NCBI GenBank assembly: GCA_965238075.1
Contig: OZ250173.1
Span: forward strand, 2,560,001-2,624,000
From: Candidatus Entotheonellaceae bacterium
Lineage (GTDB): Bacteria; Tectomicrobia; Entotheonellia; Entotheonellales; Entotheonellaceae
Reading direction: 5' to 3'
DNA: 64,000 bases
A program made the position numbers and the translations under genes. Each line of letters opens with the position of its first letter. Within the stretch, counting starts at the first letter, position 1. Shown piece by piece: positions 51,067-62,659 of this stretch. The notes beneath the pieces are model-generated. The model did not search any database, had not been told where the DNA came from, and worked only from the letters and a program-made list of their open reading frames with translations.

Positions 51067-52989
51067 ATGGATGTTTTGACAGGATTAGCCCAGATACGGG
51101 CGGGAATGGATCAGTACGTTGTCGGCCATGACGATGTGAAAGAAGGCATTCTACTTGGTGTCATTGCGCGCGAGCATATCTATCTCGAAGGCCCGCCAGG
51201 GACGGCGAAAACGATGCTGGCCGAGGTGACCTCGGACGCTGCGGAGTTGAAGTTCTTCTTCTATCAGTTGCACCGCGACACCCGTCTGGCGGAATTGGTC
51301 GGCGATACGGTGATTTTCCGTGAGAAGGACGAGTCGGGCGGCGAGGTGATCCGGCAGGTGAACCGCAAGGGCGGCATTCTGACCTCGGAAATCTGCGTGC
51401 TCGACGATATCTCCCGTGCGCCCGGTGAGGCCCTGAACGTCCTGCTTCGCGTGCTCAATGAGCGCAAGTTCGGCGACGACCGCATTCCCCTGCTGACCGC
51501 CATCGCCACCGGGAATCCCACCAAGGAAGACTATTACAACGAGCCCCTGGATCCGGCCAACCTGGACCGCTTCACCATCCAGATGCGCACCCTCGGTCTG
51601 CTGCAGCGCAACATGTGGCAGGCGGCCGCGGCGGTCATTGACCGCTATGCCGACGGCCATCTGAGTCCCGAAGCCTCGCCGCGCGTCACGCGGGCGGTGC
51701 TGGACGGCGCCACCGAACTGCTCCCCAAGGTGGATCTGACGGCGGCGGTGAAGGAACTGTTGCTGGAATTCCTCAACGTGCTGCTGAACGACTACGGCTG
51801 CAATGACAGCAACTCGCTGCTGACGGACCGCACCTTCCTCGTCAAGGCGGTGAAAATCCTCAAGGCCAAGGCCGTGCTCGAGGGCCGCGACCACTGCGTG
51901 CCCGAAGACTTGCACGTCCTCAAATACCTCACGGCGTTCCGCATTCCCGAGGAACTGCACAACCGCCTCGATGAGATCATCGACCAGCTGCTGCGAAAAA
52001 AAAAAGTTGAGCCAGAAGACGACGACACCGTCGAGCAACTGAGCGAGGCGCAGTCCGAGGAGCGTTCGGACGGGCAGCCGCGCACCGATTACACCGCTCA
52101 GGAAGCGAACGTCGATCACCGCAAGCAGGAACTCGAGCTCGGCGACATGGTGCAGCAGTCCCTCAGCCCGAACGCCGACGATGACGGTGAGAAAGCCGAG
52201 CTGAACCTCGATAACGAGTCGATCGACAACATCGAGGTGCTGCTCAAGGTCCTGAAGGGCCGCATCGAAAAGAACCTCGCCGAAAAGGTGCCGCACCGCG
52301 GCGGCCAGCCGCGCAAGTGGCGCCGCATGACGTCGTTCGACGACCTCCTCGACACCGATCCCGTCGAAAGCACCATCTGGTACGAGAATGTCACTCCCCA
52401 ACTGCCCCGCATGCTGTTGCGCGAGCGCCACGACCGCGGCGGCGAGCTCGCCATCCTGCGTGACATCAGTTCGTCCATGGCCGGCATCTACTCCAAGTGG
52501 GCGTCGTCCGTCATCCTGCGCCTGGTGGAGATGGTCCGCAAAAAGCGCATGCGGGTGGGCTATATCGAGTTCAATCACCTGTCCACCAAGTACCAGGTGG
52601 ACGGCAAGTTCTTCATGCGCGACTACGAAAAGATGACGCGCCGCGCCCTGCACCTGCACTGTTCCGGCTGCACCAACTACCAGAATTCCCTGGAGGACGC
52701 GCTGCACGAATTCAAGCGTCTGGGACGCGGCAACCAGCACATCCTCTTCCTGACCGACGGCGTGCCCACCCAGGGCGACTGGGAAGTGAAAGCCGAGCGC
52801 GCCCTGGCGCAGGAGTTGAACGTTTCCATTCACACCATTTTCATCGGCAAGAACAAGTGCCCGCGCATCCTGGAAATCCTCTCCGAGGAGACCAACGGCG
52901 CGCAGTTTCAGGCCTCGACGGATCGCTACGGCGTCATTCGTATTGAAGAGCGCCATTCGCAGCAGGCCCCTGAACTGGTTGCGCACTAA
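51067..52989 (+). CDS. MoxR/RavA-type AAA+ ATPase fused to a VWA domain via an acidic linker
   Basis: GPPGTAKT, VLDDISRA, ANLDRF; MIDAS DISSS..T..TDG. Confidence 0.88.
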   Translation: MDVLTGLAQIRAGMDQYVVGHDDVKEGILLGVIAREHIYLEGPPGTAKTMLAEVTSDAAELKFFFYQLHRDTRLAELVGDTVIFREKDESGGEVIRQVNRKGGILTSEICVLDDISRAPGEALNVLLRVLNERKFGDDRIPLLTAIATGNPTKEDYYNEPLDPANLDRFTIQMRTLGLLQRNMWQAAAAVIDRYADGHLSPEASPRVTRAVLDGATELLPKVDLTAAVKELLLEFLNVLLNDYGCNDSNSLLTDRTFLVKAVKILKAKAVLEGRDHCVPEDLHVLKYLTAFRIPEELHNRLDEIIDQLLRKKKVEPEDDDTVEQLSEAQSEERSDGQPRTDYTAQEANVDHRKQELELGDMVQQSLSPNADDDGEKAELNLDNESIDNIEVLLKVLKGRIEKNLAEKVPHRGGQPRKWRRMTSFDDLLDTDPVESTIWYENVTPQLPRMLLRERHDRGGELAILRDISSSMAGIYSKWASSVILRLVEMVRKKRMRVGYIEFNHLSTKYQVDGKFFMRDYEKMTRRALHLHCSGCTNYQNSLEDALHEFKRLGRGNQHILFLTDGVPTQGDWEVKAERALAQELNVSIHTIFIGKNKCPRILEILSEETNGAQFQASTDRYGVIRIEERHSQQAPELVAH

Positions 52990-53076
52990 GGGCATGTTGT
53001 CGGAATACGCTTTGCTAATCCGACCTACGTGTTGTGAAGGTTTGTCTTTACTAAACACTGTTTTAAGGAGAATGAC

Positions 53077-53976
53077 ATGCTGTTGGAGGGCAAGGTCGCC
53101 GTGGTCACGGGCGGTGGCAACGGCATCGGGCGTGAGATCAGCAAGCTGATGGGCGCCGAGGGCGCCAAGGTGGTCGTGAACGACCTGGGGACGGCTGTTG
53201 ACGGGGCAGGCGAATCGAGTTCCGCGGCCGATCAGACCGTGCAGATGATCAAGGACGCCGGCGGCGAGGCGACGCCGAATTACGAGAGTGTGGCGACCCC
53301 GGAGGGCGGCGAGAGCATCATCCAGACTGCGGTGGATACGTACGGCAAGCTGGATATTCTGGTGCACGTGGCCGGCATTTTGCGCGACCGCATGATTTTC
53401 AACATGAGCGTCGAGGAATGGGACGCGGTGATCAACGTGCACCTGCGCGGCGCCTATTGCGTCAATAAGCCGGCCTGCGTCCTGATGCGGCAGCAGAAGA
53501 GCGGCTGCATCATCAACTTCTCGTCGATTTCCGGTGCCGGCAACTCCGGGCAGGCCAACTACGCGGCGGCCAAGGCGGGCATTCTCGGCTTGACGCGCAC
53601 CATTGCGCGCGACATGGCGAAATACGGCGTGCGCGCCAATGCCATCTGGCCGGGTGCGGACACCCGCATGACCGCCACCGTGCCTGAATCGGCACGCCAG
53701 ATTCGCTCCGAGCGCGGCCTGGGCGAGATGCGCATGTCGGCCATTCGCCGACCCGAAAGCGTCGCCTCGGTGGTGGCCTTCCTGGCTTCGGACATGGCCG
53801 AGAACATTACCGGCTGGACGGTCGGCATCATCGGCGACCGCCTGTCGCTGATCGACGACCCGGTGCCCGTGAAGACGGTATTTTGCGAGGGCGGCTGGAC
53901 GCTGGACCAGGTTGCCGAATGGTGGCCGGAGACCTTCGGGACCGACTTGCGCCACCTGGATCAGCCGCAGCAGTAA
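53077..53976 (+). CDS. SDR oxidoreductase (copy 1)
   Basis: TGGGNGIG, VNDLG, YAAAK. Confidence 0.93.
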   Translation: MLLEGKVAVVTGGGNGIGREISKLMGAEGAKVVVNDLGTAVDGAGESSSAADQTVQMIKDAGGEATPNYESVATPEGGESIIQTAVDTYGKLDILVHVAGILRDRMIFNMSVEEWDAVINVHLRGAYCVNKPACVLMRQQKSGCIINFSSISGAGNSGQANYAAAKAGILGLTRTIARDMAKYGVRANAIWPGADTRMTATVPESARQIRSERGLGEMRMSAIRRPESVASVVAFLASDMAENITGWTVGIIGDRLSLIDDPVPVKTVFCEGGWTLDQVAEWWPETFGTDLRHLDQPQQ

Positions 53977-54008
53977 TCGGCAACAACCCATTCCTGAGGG
54001 AAAACGAC

Positions 54009-54911
54009 ATGCGATTGGAAGGTAAGGTCGCCGTGGTCACGGGCGGTGGCAACGGCATTGGGCGTGAGATCAGCAAGCTGATGGGCGCCGAGGGCGCCAA
54101 GGTGGTTGTGAACGACCTGGGGACGGCGGTTGACGGGGCAGGCGAATCGAGTTCCGCGGCCGATCAGACGGTGCAGATGATCAAGGATGCCGGGGGCGAA
54201 GCGACGCCGAACTACGAGAGCGTGGCGACCCCGGAGGGCGGCCAGAGCATCATTCAGACCGCGGTGGATACGTACGGCAAGCTGGATATTCTGGTGCACG
54301 TGGCCGGCATTCTGCGCGACCGCATGATTTTCAACATGTCCATCGAAGAATGGGATGCCGTCATCAACGTGCACCTGCGCGGCGCCTACTGCGTCAATAA
54401 GCCGGCCTGCGTCCTGATGCGTCAGCAAAAAAGCGGTTGCATCATCAACTTCTCGTCGATTTCCGGCGCCGGCAACTCCGGGCAGGCCAACTACGCGGCG
54501 GCCAAGGCCGGGATTCTCGGCCTGACGCGCACCGTCGCGCGTGACATGGCGAAATACGGCGTGCGCGCCAACGCCATCTGGCCGGGTGCCGACACCCGCA
54601 TGACGGCCACGGTTCCCGAGGCGGCGCGCCAGATTCGCGCCGAACGCGGTATCGGACAGGTCATCGCGGCCACCGCCGAGCGCCGGCCGGAGAACGTCGC
54701 CGCGGTGGTGGCTTACTTGGCCAGCGATGCGGCGGCAGACATTACGGGCTGGACGGTTGGCATTTCGGGTGACCGGCTATCCCTGATCGAAGACCCGCGT
54801 CCGGTGAAAACGGTCTTCTGCCCCGGCGGCTGGACGCTCGACAAGGTCGTTGAGTTGTGGCCCGGCTCTTTCGGGCTCGACCTGCGCCACCTGCAACGCG
54901 CCGGTCAATAA
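54009..54911 (+). CDS. SDR oxidoreductase (copy 2)
   Basis: Near-identical to copy 1 over the first ~210 aa; start ATG 54009. Confidence 0.93.
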   Translation: MRLEGKVAVVTGGGNGIGREISKLMGAEGAKVVVNDLGTAVDGAGESSSAADQTVQMIKDAGGEATPNYESVATPEGGQSIIQTAVDTYGKLDILVHVAGILRDRMIFNMSIEEWDAVINVHLRGAYCVNKPACVLMRQQKSGCIINFSSISGAGNSGQANYAAAKAGILGLTRTVARDMAKYGVRANAIWPGADTRMTATVPEAARQIRAERGIGQVIAATAERRPENVAAVVAYLASDAAADITGWTVGISGDRLSLIEDPRPVKTVFCPGGWTLDKVVELWPGSFGLDLRHLQRAGQ

Positions 54912-55013
54912 CCCCATTGGCACCGCGCCCGCCACTTGCGGCGTGCGGTGCCTTCCCTCCGCCTCAGAATACTTTGTCCGGGTGTCTCCCTCCGGTCAGG
55001 AGAAGTAAGGCCC

Positions 55014-55685
55014 GTGATTCTCGACATGCACGCGCATACCGCGGCCTCCGATGACAGCACCGCCACGATCGAAGGCTATATCGAACTGATTCAAGCCTAC
55101 CGCCAATTTCATCCCTTTGACGGCTTTGTCCTCACCGAGCACCGCACCTACACTCCCGGATTGAACCTGCAGCATTACTGGGACACTCACGGCGTCCGCA
55201 TTTTCCAGGGCATCGAGATGGACACCAACCTGGGCCATCTGCTGGTCTACGGCGTCAACCAGCGGGTTCTGGAACGCTTCGACGTGACCAAGCGCATGCA
55301 CGACGGCCGCCGTATTATCCCGCAGCTGACCAGCCTGGGTGCATTCGCTGCTCCGTCTCACCCCTTTCGGGAATCGGTGTTCGGGCCCATCATGGAGCGC
55401 GACCCCGAGGAAATCGCGGGCATGCACACCATCGAGGCGCACAACGGCCAGAATCGCCCGGAGCAGAACAGCCGCGCGTCGGACCTGTGCGAGCGTTATG
55501 ACCTGCGCGCGCTGTGCGGCAGCGACGCGCATTACGTCAGTCCCCTGTGGTTCCTCACCTGCGCCACGGCCTTCGAGGACACCATCACCTCGGAGGCAGA
55601 ACTGGTAGAGGCGCTGCACGACGGTGCGTATCGCCCGATGTGTCTGCCGCGGATGCATGCCGTGAGCGGTGAGAAGAAAGGGTGA
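55014..55685 (+). CDS. PHP-domain metallohydrolase
   Basis: DMHAHT..SDD, LTEH, GIE, GHLL, SHPFR, E.HNG, GSDAH. Confidence 0.88.
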   Translation: MILDMHAHTAASDDSTATIEGYIELIQAYRQFHPFDGFVLTEHRTYTPGLNLQHYWDTHGVRIFQGIEMDTNLGHLLVYGVNQRVLERFDVTKRMHDGRRIIPQLTSLGAFAAPSHPFRESVFGPIMERDPEEIAGMHTIEAHNGQNRPEQNSRASDLCERYDLRALCGSDAHYVSPLWFLTCATAFEDTITSEAELVEALHDGAYRPMCLPRMHAVSGEKKG

Positions 55686-55851
55686 CAGGGAGGGTGTGAA
55701 CGAGTCGCTGAGGCGCGAATAGCCTTCTGGTGGTCATTCCGGGCTTGACCTGGAATCCACTGACCTCGGATCCAGTCCGGGATGGCGTTCTTTCGCCGGA
55801 GTGACAACATCCTCCGACATTTCCCCACTCACTCACCAGAGGAACTCCGAT

Positions 55852-56937
55852 ATGCCAGCGAGCCCGCTGTTCAACAAGCATCTCGAACAACAAGCCTGCT
55901 TCACCACCGTTAACGACTGGCAAATGCCGCAGCACTACGGTAATCCGCAAGCCGAATACCGGGCGCTGCGACGCGGTTTCGGGTTGATCGATCTGTCGAA
56001 CCGGGGTCTGATCCGCGTCGAGGGCCACGACCGGCAACGCTTCCTGAACGCCATGTTGTCCAATAACACCGAAGATCTGGAGCCGGGCCAGGGATGTTAC
56101 GCCACGTTTCTGAACGCCAAGGGGCACATGGTGACGGACCTGGTGGTGTACGCTGAAGAGGCGTCGTATCTCCTGGAAGTCGAGCCCCACATGGTGTCTA
56201 CCTTTCTGGAGGCCATCGATTATTTCGTCATCTCCGAGGACGTCACGTTTACGGTCGAGACCGAAACGTGGGCCGTGCTCGGTGTGCAGGGTCCCAAAGC
56301 CCCTGACGTGCTGATTGCCGTGAGCGGCCAGGAACGGCTTCGAGACTTGGCGCCGTACGGCAGTCAGCCATGCCGGGTTGAGGACCATGACGTATGGGTC
56401 GCCCGGCGCAGCTATACCCGAGAGCCGGGCTACCTGGTTCTCGCTGCCCCCGCGGTTGCGGAGGACGCCTGGACGACGATGTGGCAGCAGGGTGAGGTGT
56501 TCGAGGGGTGTGCGGTCGGCCTCGAGGCGTTGGACACCCTGCGCATTGAATCGGGTACGCCGCGTTTCGGGGTCGACATGACGGCAGCGACGATCCCGAT
56601 CGAGGCCAACCTGCAGGACGCCATCAGCTACACCAAGGGCTGCTACATCGGGCAGGAGGTTATTGCGCGCATCGACGCGCGCGGACACGTCAATCGCCAG
56701 CTTACCGGCCTGCTGCTCGGCGACGCCGAATTGCCCGAAGCGGGGACCAAAATTTTTTCCCCGGAGCGGGAAGTCGGCTGGATTACCAGTGCGACGCAAT
56801 CGCCGGCCATGAAACAGACCATAGCCTTGGGCTACGTACGCTGGGAGGCGTTGGAGCCGGGCACGGCTTTGCAGGTGCGGACGGATGCTGGCGACATCCC
56901 GGCGATGGTGAGCGCATTGCCGTTCGATGACCGGTGA
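55852..56937 (+). CDS. YgfZ/GcvT-like folate-binding protein
   Basis: KGCYIGQE signature, LRIE.G.P.FG.DM. Confidence 0.9.
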   Translation: MPASPLFNKHLEQQACFTTVNDWQMPQHYGNPQAEYRALRRGFGLIDLSNRGLIRVEGHDRQRFLNAMLSNNTEDLEPGQGCYATFLNAKGHMVTDLVVYAEEASYLLEVEPHMVSTFLEAIDYFVISEDVTFTVETETWAVLGVQGPKAPDVLIAVSGQERLRDLAPYGSQPCRVEDHDVWVARRSYTREPGYLVLAAPAVAEDAWTTMWQQGEVFEGCAVGLEALDTLRIESGTPRFGVDMTAATIPIEANLQDAISYTKGCYIGQEVIARIDARGHVNRQLTGLLLGDAELPEAGTKIFSPEREVGWITSATQSPAMKQTIALGYVRWEALEPGTALQVRTDAGDIPAMVSALPFDDR

Positions 56938-56975
56938 CCCCTGACTACCTTTTACCAGCCCTGTGGAGATGAATC

Positions 56976-59105
56976 ATGAGTTACGATCAAGCCGCGGTAC
57001 GAGTCGTTCTCGATCAGGTGCGGGCGGATGGGCGCAGCGCCTTGACGGCCCCGGAGGGGAAGCGGCTTTGCGAGGCGTACGGCATCGCGGCGCCTCAGGA
57101 AGGCATGGCGGCTTCGGCTGCCGAAGCGGTGGCTCTGGCGCGGCAGATCGGCTTTCCCGTGGTGCTCAAGATCGCCTCCCCCGACATTCTCCACAAGACG
57201 GACGCTGGCGGCGTTCTCACCGGGCTCAACTCGGCTGCCGAGGTCGAGCAAGGCTACGCGACGGTCATGGCCAACGCCGCTGCGCATCAACCCGGCGCGG
57301 CCATCGACGGCGTGCAGGTGCAACGCATGCTGGGTGCCGCCCATGAGGTCATTATCGGCGCTGTCACGGACCCCAGTTTCGGCAAGCTGGTCGCCTTCGG
57401 CATGGGCGGTGTGATGGTCGAGGTCATGAAGGATATTGCCTTCCGCCTGGCGCCGGCGTCGCACCAGGAAGCCGTCGGCATGCTCGACGACATCGCCGGC
57501 GCCGCCGTGCTGCGCGGCGTGCGGGGCGCTGCGGGGGTGAATCGTGACGCCCTGGGCGCGGTAATCGAGAATGTCTCGCATTTGGTGCATGATTTTCCCG
57601 AAATCAGCGAGCTGGACCTCAATCCGGTATTCGCCGACAGCGCCGGCGCCACGGCCGTCGACGTGCGCATTCTGGTGGATTTTGCCGCCGCCCCGGCGCG
57701 CCCTCGGCCGTCGCAGGACGACATCCTGCGGGCCATGCGCCGGATCATGCAGCCCGAGTCAGTGGCGGTCATCGGGGCGTCGCCGGAGGAGGGGAAGATT
57801 GGCAATTCGGTGATGCAGAACCTCATCAACGGCGGCTACCAGGGGCAGATTTACCCGATTCATCCGCGCGCCGAGGAGATTCTGGGGCGACGGTGTTATC
57901 AGCGTGTCACCGACGTGCCCGCCGAGATCGACATCGCCATCTTCTGCATCCCGGCGCGCTTTGTGGCCGGCGTGCTGGCGGAAGTGGGCAAAAAGGGCAT
58001 CCCCGGGGCGATTCTGATTCCTTCCGGCTTCGCCGAGGTGGGTGAGGACGCCTTGCAGCAGGAGGTCGTCAGGGTGGCGCGCGAGCACAACGTGCGCCTC
58101 ATGGGGCCTAACATTTACGGCTTCTACTACACCCACAGGAACCTGTGCGCGACCTTTTGCACGCCGTACGACGAAAAGGGCGCCGTGGCTCTAACCTCGC
58201 AGAGCGGCGGGGTTGGCATGGCAATCATCGGTTTCAGCCGTTCGGCGAAGATGGGGGTGTCGGCGATTGTCGGGCTGGGGAACAAGGCGGATATCGACGA
58301 GGACGACCTGCTGACCTTTTTCGAGCAGGACCCGAACACGCAGGTCGTGGCCATGCACGTTGAGGATCTGAAGGACGGGCGGGCGTTTGCCGAAGTCGCC
58401 CAGCGGGTGTCCAAGCACAAGCCGGTGGTGGTGCTGAAGGCCGGCCGCACGGCGATGGGGGCGCGGGCGGCAAGGTCGCACACCGGCGCCCTGGCGGGCA
58501 ACGACGCCATTTACGACGCGGTGCTGCGGCAGAGCGGCGTCATTCGCGCCCGCAACCTCAACGACATGCTGGAATTTGCCCGCGGGCTGCAAATCCTGCC
58601 GACGCCGCAGGGCGAGAACGTCGTCATCGTCACCGGCGCCGGCGGCTCCGGCGTGCTGCTCTCCGACGCCTGTGTAGACCACGGCCTCAACCTGATGGCC
58701 ATGCCGTCCGACCTCGACGCTGCCTTCAAAGCGTACATCCCGCCGTTCGGCGCATCCGGCAATCCCATCGACATCACCGGCGGCGAGCCCCCCTCCACCT
58801 ATCGCAACACCATCAAGCTCGCCCTCGACGACGCCCGCATCCACGCCCTCATCCTCGGCTATTGGCATACCATCATCACGCCGCCCATGGTGTTCGCCAC
58901 CCTCCTGCAGGAAGTGGTGACGGAGGCCAGGGAACGCGGCATCCACAAGCCCGTCGTGGCCTCGCTGGTTGGCGACGTCGAGGTCGAAGACGCCTGCCGC
59001 TATCTCGTCGATCACAGCATCCTGGCCTACCCGTATGCCACCGAAAAACCCGTTGCCGTTCTGGGCGCCAAGTATCGCTGGGCGCGGATTGCAGGGCTGT
59101 TGTAG
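56976..59105 (+). CDS. ADP-forming acyl-CoA synthetase (ATP-grasp first, then CoA-binding domains)
   Basis: PVVLKIASPDILHKTD.GGV, ELDLNP, VAVIGAS, GPN, SQSGG, SHTGALAG. Confidence 0.92.
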   Translation: MSYDQAAVRVVLDQVRADGRSALTAPEGKRLCEAYGIAAPQEGMAASAAEAVALARQIGFPVVLKIASPDILHKTDAGGVLTGLNSAAEVEQGYATVMANAAAHQPGAAIDGVQVQRMLGAAHEVIIGAVTDPSFGKLVAFGMGGVMVEVMKDIAFRLAPASHQEAVGMLDDIAGAAVLRGVRGAAGVNRDALGAVIENVSHLVHDFPEISELDLNPVFADSAGATAVDVRILVDFAAAPARPRPSQDDILRAMRRIMQPESVAVIGASPEEGKIGNSVMQNLINGGYQGQIYPIHPRAEEILGRRCYQRVTDVPAEIDIAIFCIPARFVAGVLAEVGKKGIPGAILIPSGFAEVGEDALQQEVVRVAREHNVRLMGPNIYGFYYTHRNLCATFCTPYDEKGAVALTSQSGGVGMAIIGFSRSAKMGVSAIVGLGNKADIDEDDLLTFFEQDPNTQVVAMHVEDLKDGRAFAEVAQRVSKHKPVVVLKAGRTAMGARAARSHTGALAGNDAIYDAVLRQSGVIRARNLNDMLEFARGLQILPTPQGENVVIVTGAGGSGVLLSDACVDHGLNLMAMPSDLDAAFKAYIPPFGASGNPIDITGGEPPSTYRNTIKLALDDARIHALILGYWHTIITPPMVFATLLQEVVTEARERGIHKPVVASLVGDVEVEDACRYLVDHSILAYPYATEKPVAVLGAKYRWARIAGLL

Positions 59106-59267
59106 CCGGTGGATTCGGCGTTCTGTGAAGAGCTTGGCAATGGCTTTCGGGCCAATGTGCCTGAGTTATTCTCCACTACCGAGTTATCAGAACGAACATG
59201 CCTGATATTTGATGGTTAGGTGACACTATGGGATACCAAGCGTTAGAAGTCACAGGAGCGAGACAGT

Positions 59268-60179
59268 ATGGAATCAGAAAGACCTCGGTTCCGGAATGCC
59301 GAGTACTACAGCTCGTTTACTCTTGAAGAGTTGGGAAACGCAAACCGGGAAACCCAGAAGGAGGTGATGCGTAACTGGTTTTTTGATAACTACGAAGATC
59401 CAGTGGAGCGTACGCCTTATGAATCGAGAGAAGGGGGGTATATTTACATCTGGGGTGGCCCGTACAAAGCCGATTGGGAGATCAGTGGGGTTTTCGAAGG
59501 ATACATCCCTGATGACGTCATTCAGGAACTCGTCGATGAGTTGGAATACTATTGTTCTGACTGGACAAGCGCGCCTCGGGATGACGATTATGATGACTAT
59601 TATTCGTCGGTCCTACTATCGAACCCTGAGTTCCACAAGGACCTGGTAGAAAGCCTGGAGAGAGTTAACACGCTCCTCGACGTCGAAGTAGTTGAACAAC
59701 TGCGGCAGCATTACCTACGTCTGCTTTACATAAACGTCATAACGGCTCTAGAAAGTTTTCTGTCTGATGGCTTCATCAATACGGTGATGTCAGACCCCGC
59801 ACTGGTCCGAAAATTCGTTGAGACAAACCCAGACTTTGCAAGAAAGAAATTCGCACTCAGCGAGCTATTCGAGCAGGCGGACGTAATCGAGGACAAGGTA
59901 AAGCGCTACCTCAGCTCACTCATGTGGCACAATCTTGAGAAAATCAAACCCATGTATAAAGAAACACTCGATATTGAGTTCCCGAAAGACCTTGCACATC
60001 TATTTCGGGCAATACTCATGCGACACGACTTGGTCCACCGCAACGGAAAGACCAAAGACGGCGGAGAGATTTTGCTAAACCGGAACGACGTTTCTGACCT
60101 CATAGAGCAAGTCCGAACTTTTGGCGAACATGTGGACGGCCAATTTGGATCTAATCTGCCCGATGATTTGGGGTTCTAG
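59268..60179 (+). CDS. HEPN-like protein (RxxxxH) carried as a gene cassette
   Basis: ITALESFLSD and RHDLVHRNGK; clearly lower GC than flanks. Confidence 0.75.
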   Translation: MESERPRFRNAEYYSSFTLEELGNANRETQKEVMRNWFFDNYEDPVERTPYESREGGYIYIWGGPYKADWEISGVFEGYIPDDVIQELVDELEYYCSDWTSAPRDDDYDDYYSSVLLSNPEFHKDLVESLERVNTLLDVEVVEQLRQHYLRLLYINVITALESFLSDGFINTVMSDPALVRKFVETNPDFARKKFALSELFEQADVIEDKVKRYLSSLMWHNLEKIKPMYKETLDIEFPKDLAHLFRAILMRHDLVHRNGKTKDGGEILLNRNDVSDLIEQVRTFGEHVDGQFGSNLPDDLGF

Positions 60180-60200
60180 AAGACGAGTTGGCGATTAGCC

Positions 60201-60285
60201 ACTTCTAACAATGTCTTCTAGCCGACCGCCTACAGCCTACGTTCCTTCGTCGCTTCGGCTTCCGGCAGCGGCTGAAGGCTAGTAG
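60201..60285 (+). mobile_element. attC-like integron recombination site, 3' end degenerate
   Basis: ACTTCTAAC is the exact complement of GTTAGAAGT at 59242-59250; followed by an imperfect palindrome CTTCTAGCCGACCGCC...GGCAGCGGCTGAAG. Confidence 0.72.
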
Positions 60286-60303
60286 GTGTAAGGGGGAAGA
60301 TTG

Positions 60304-60548
60304 TGGGAGCCGTATCAGGGTTTGAGCGCATTACCTTTGATCCACACGTGATGGGCGGACGAGCATGCCTGCGAAGCATGCGGGTCACGGTATCGCTACT
60401 GATGAACCTGGTGGCTAATGGCATGACCATACCCGAGATTATCGCAGCCTACCCATATCTCGAACCGGAGGATGTCCGCCAAGCCCTGCAATACGCGGCA
60501 TGGCTTGCGGAGGAAACGGTCCATCCGTTGGAACCAGCCCGCCTGTGA
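60304..60548 (+). CDS. DUF433 antitoxin-like protein
   Basis: RITFDPHVMGGRACLR.MRVTVS...EII..YP.LE.EDV.QAL.YAA. Confidence 0.88.
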
Positions 60549-60767
60549 AATTCCTGGCAGACATGGGCATCTCTCCCCAGACAATTGATTTCTTACAAAC
60601 CCTGGGACACGATGCCGTCCATTCGCCTCCGCAATATGCATCCTGATCAAGTCGATGCCGCGCTACAGCTCATTATTCCTCAGCATTGGGAAGCCCTTGA
60701 GCATGGGGCTATTCTCAGTGTGACCGAGGGGCGGGTGCGGGTGCGTTCTTTGCCGATTGGAACCTGA
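60545..60767 (+). pseudogene. DUF5615 PIN-like toxin with central deletion and frameshift
   Basis: VKFLADMGISP...LGHDAVH joined out of frame to IRLRNMHP...RVRVRSLPI. Confidence 0.75.
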
Positions 60768-60954
60768 AGAGATGCGAATTGCCGGATTTCCCTTGTCTCA
60801 AGCCAGAAGCCCATTGAAATCGCATTACTTGCATAAAGCAGCACCCGAATAGCAAAGCACTACAGGCGGTTACGAGAGGCGGAAACACCGGACAACCTGT
60901 AAGGGCGCACGACGGGAAGCACCGCAGCCCTGGCCGCGGTGCCGGTTACAGGGA

Positions 60955-62568
<1,614 letters not shown>

Positions 62569-62659
62569 TTATAAGGTGAGATGATGTCGTAAGGGCGCTT
62601 ATCCTAACCAAAAACAGGACCCCTTGACAACTAGGGCGGGCACCCGAGGGTGGACCGCT

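Noticed and set aside
51151-53991. 946-aa minus-strand ORF and similar long antisense ORFs (e.g. 2654-4675, 31184-33007, 24854-26269)
   Set aside because: Shadows of well-supported opposite-strand genes in high-GC DNA, with no motifs.
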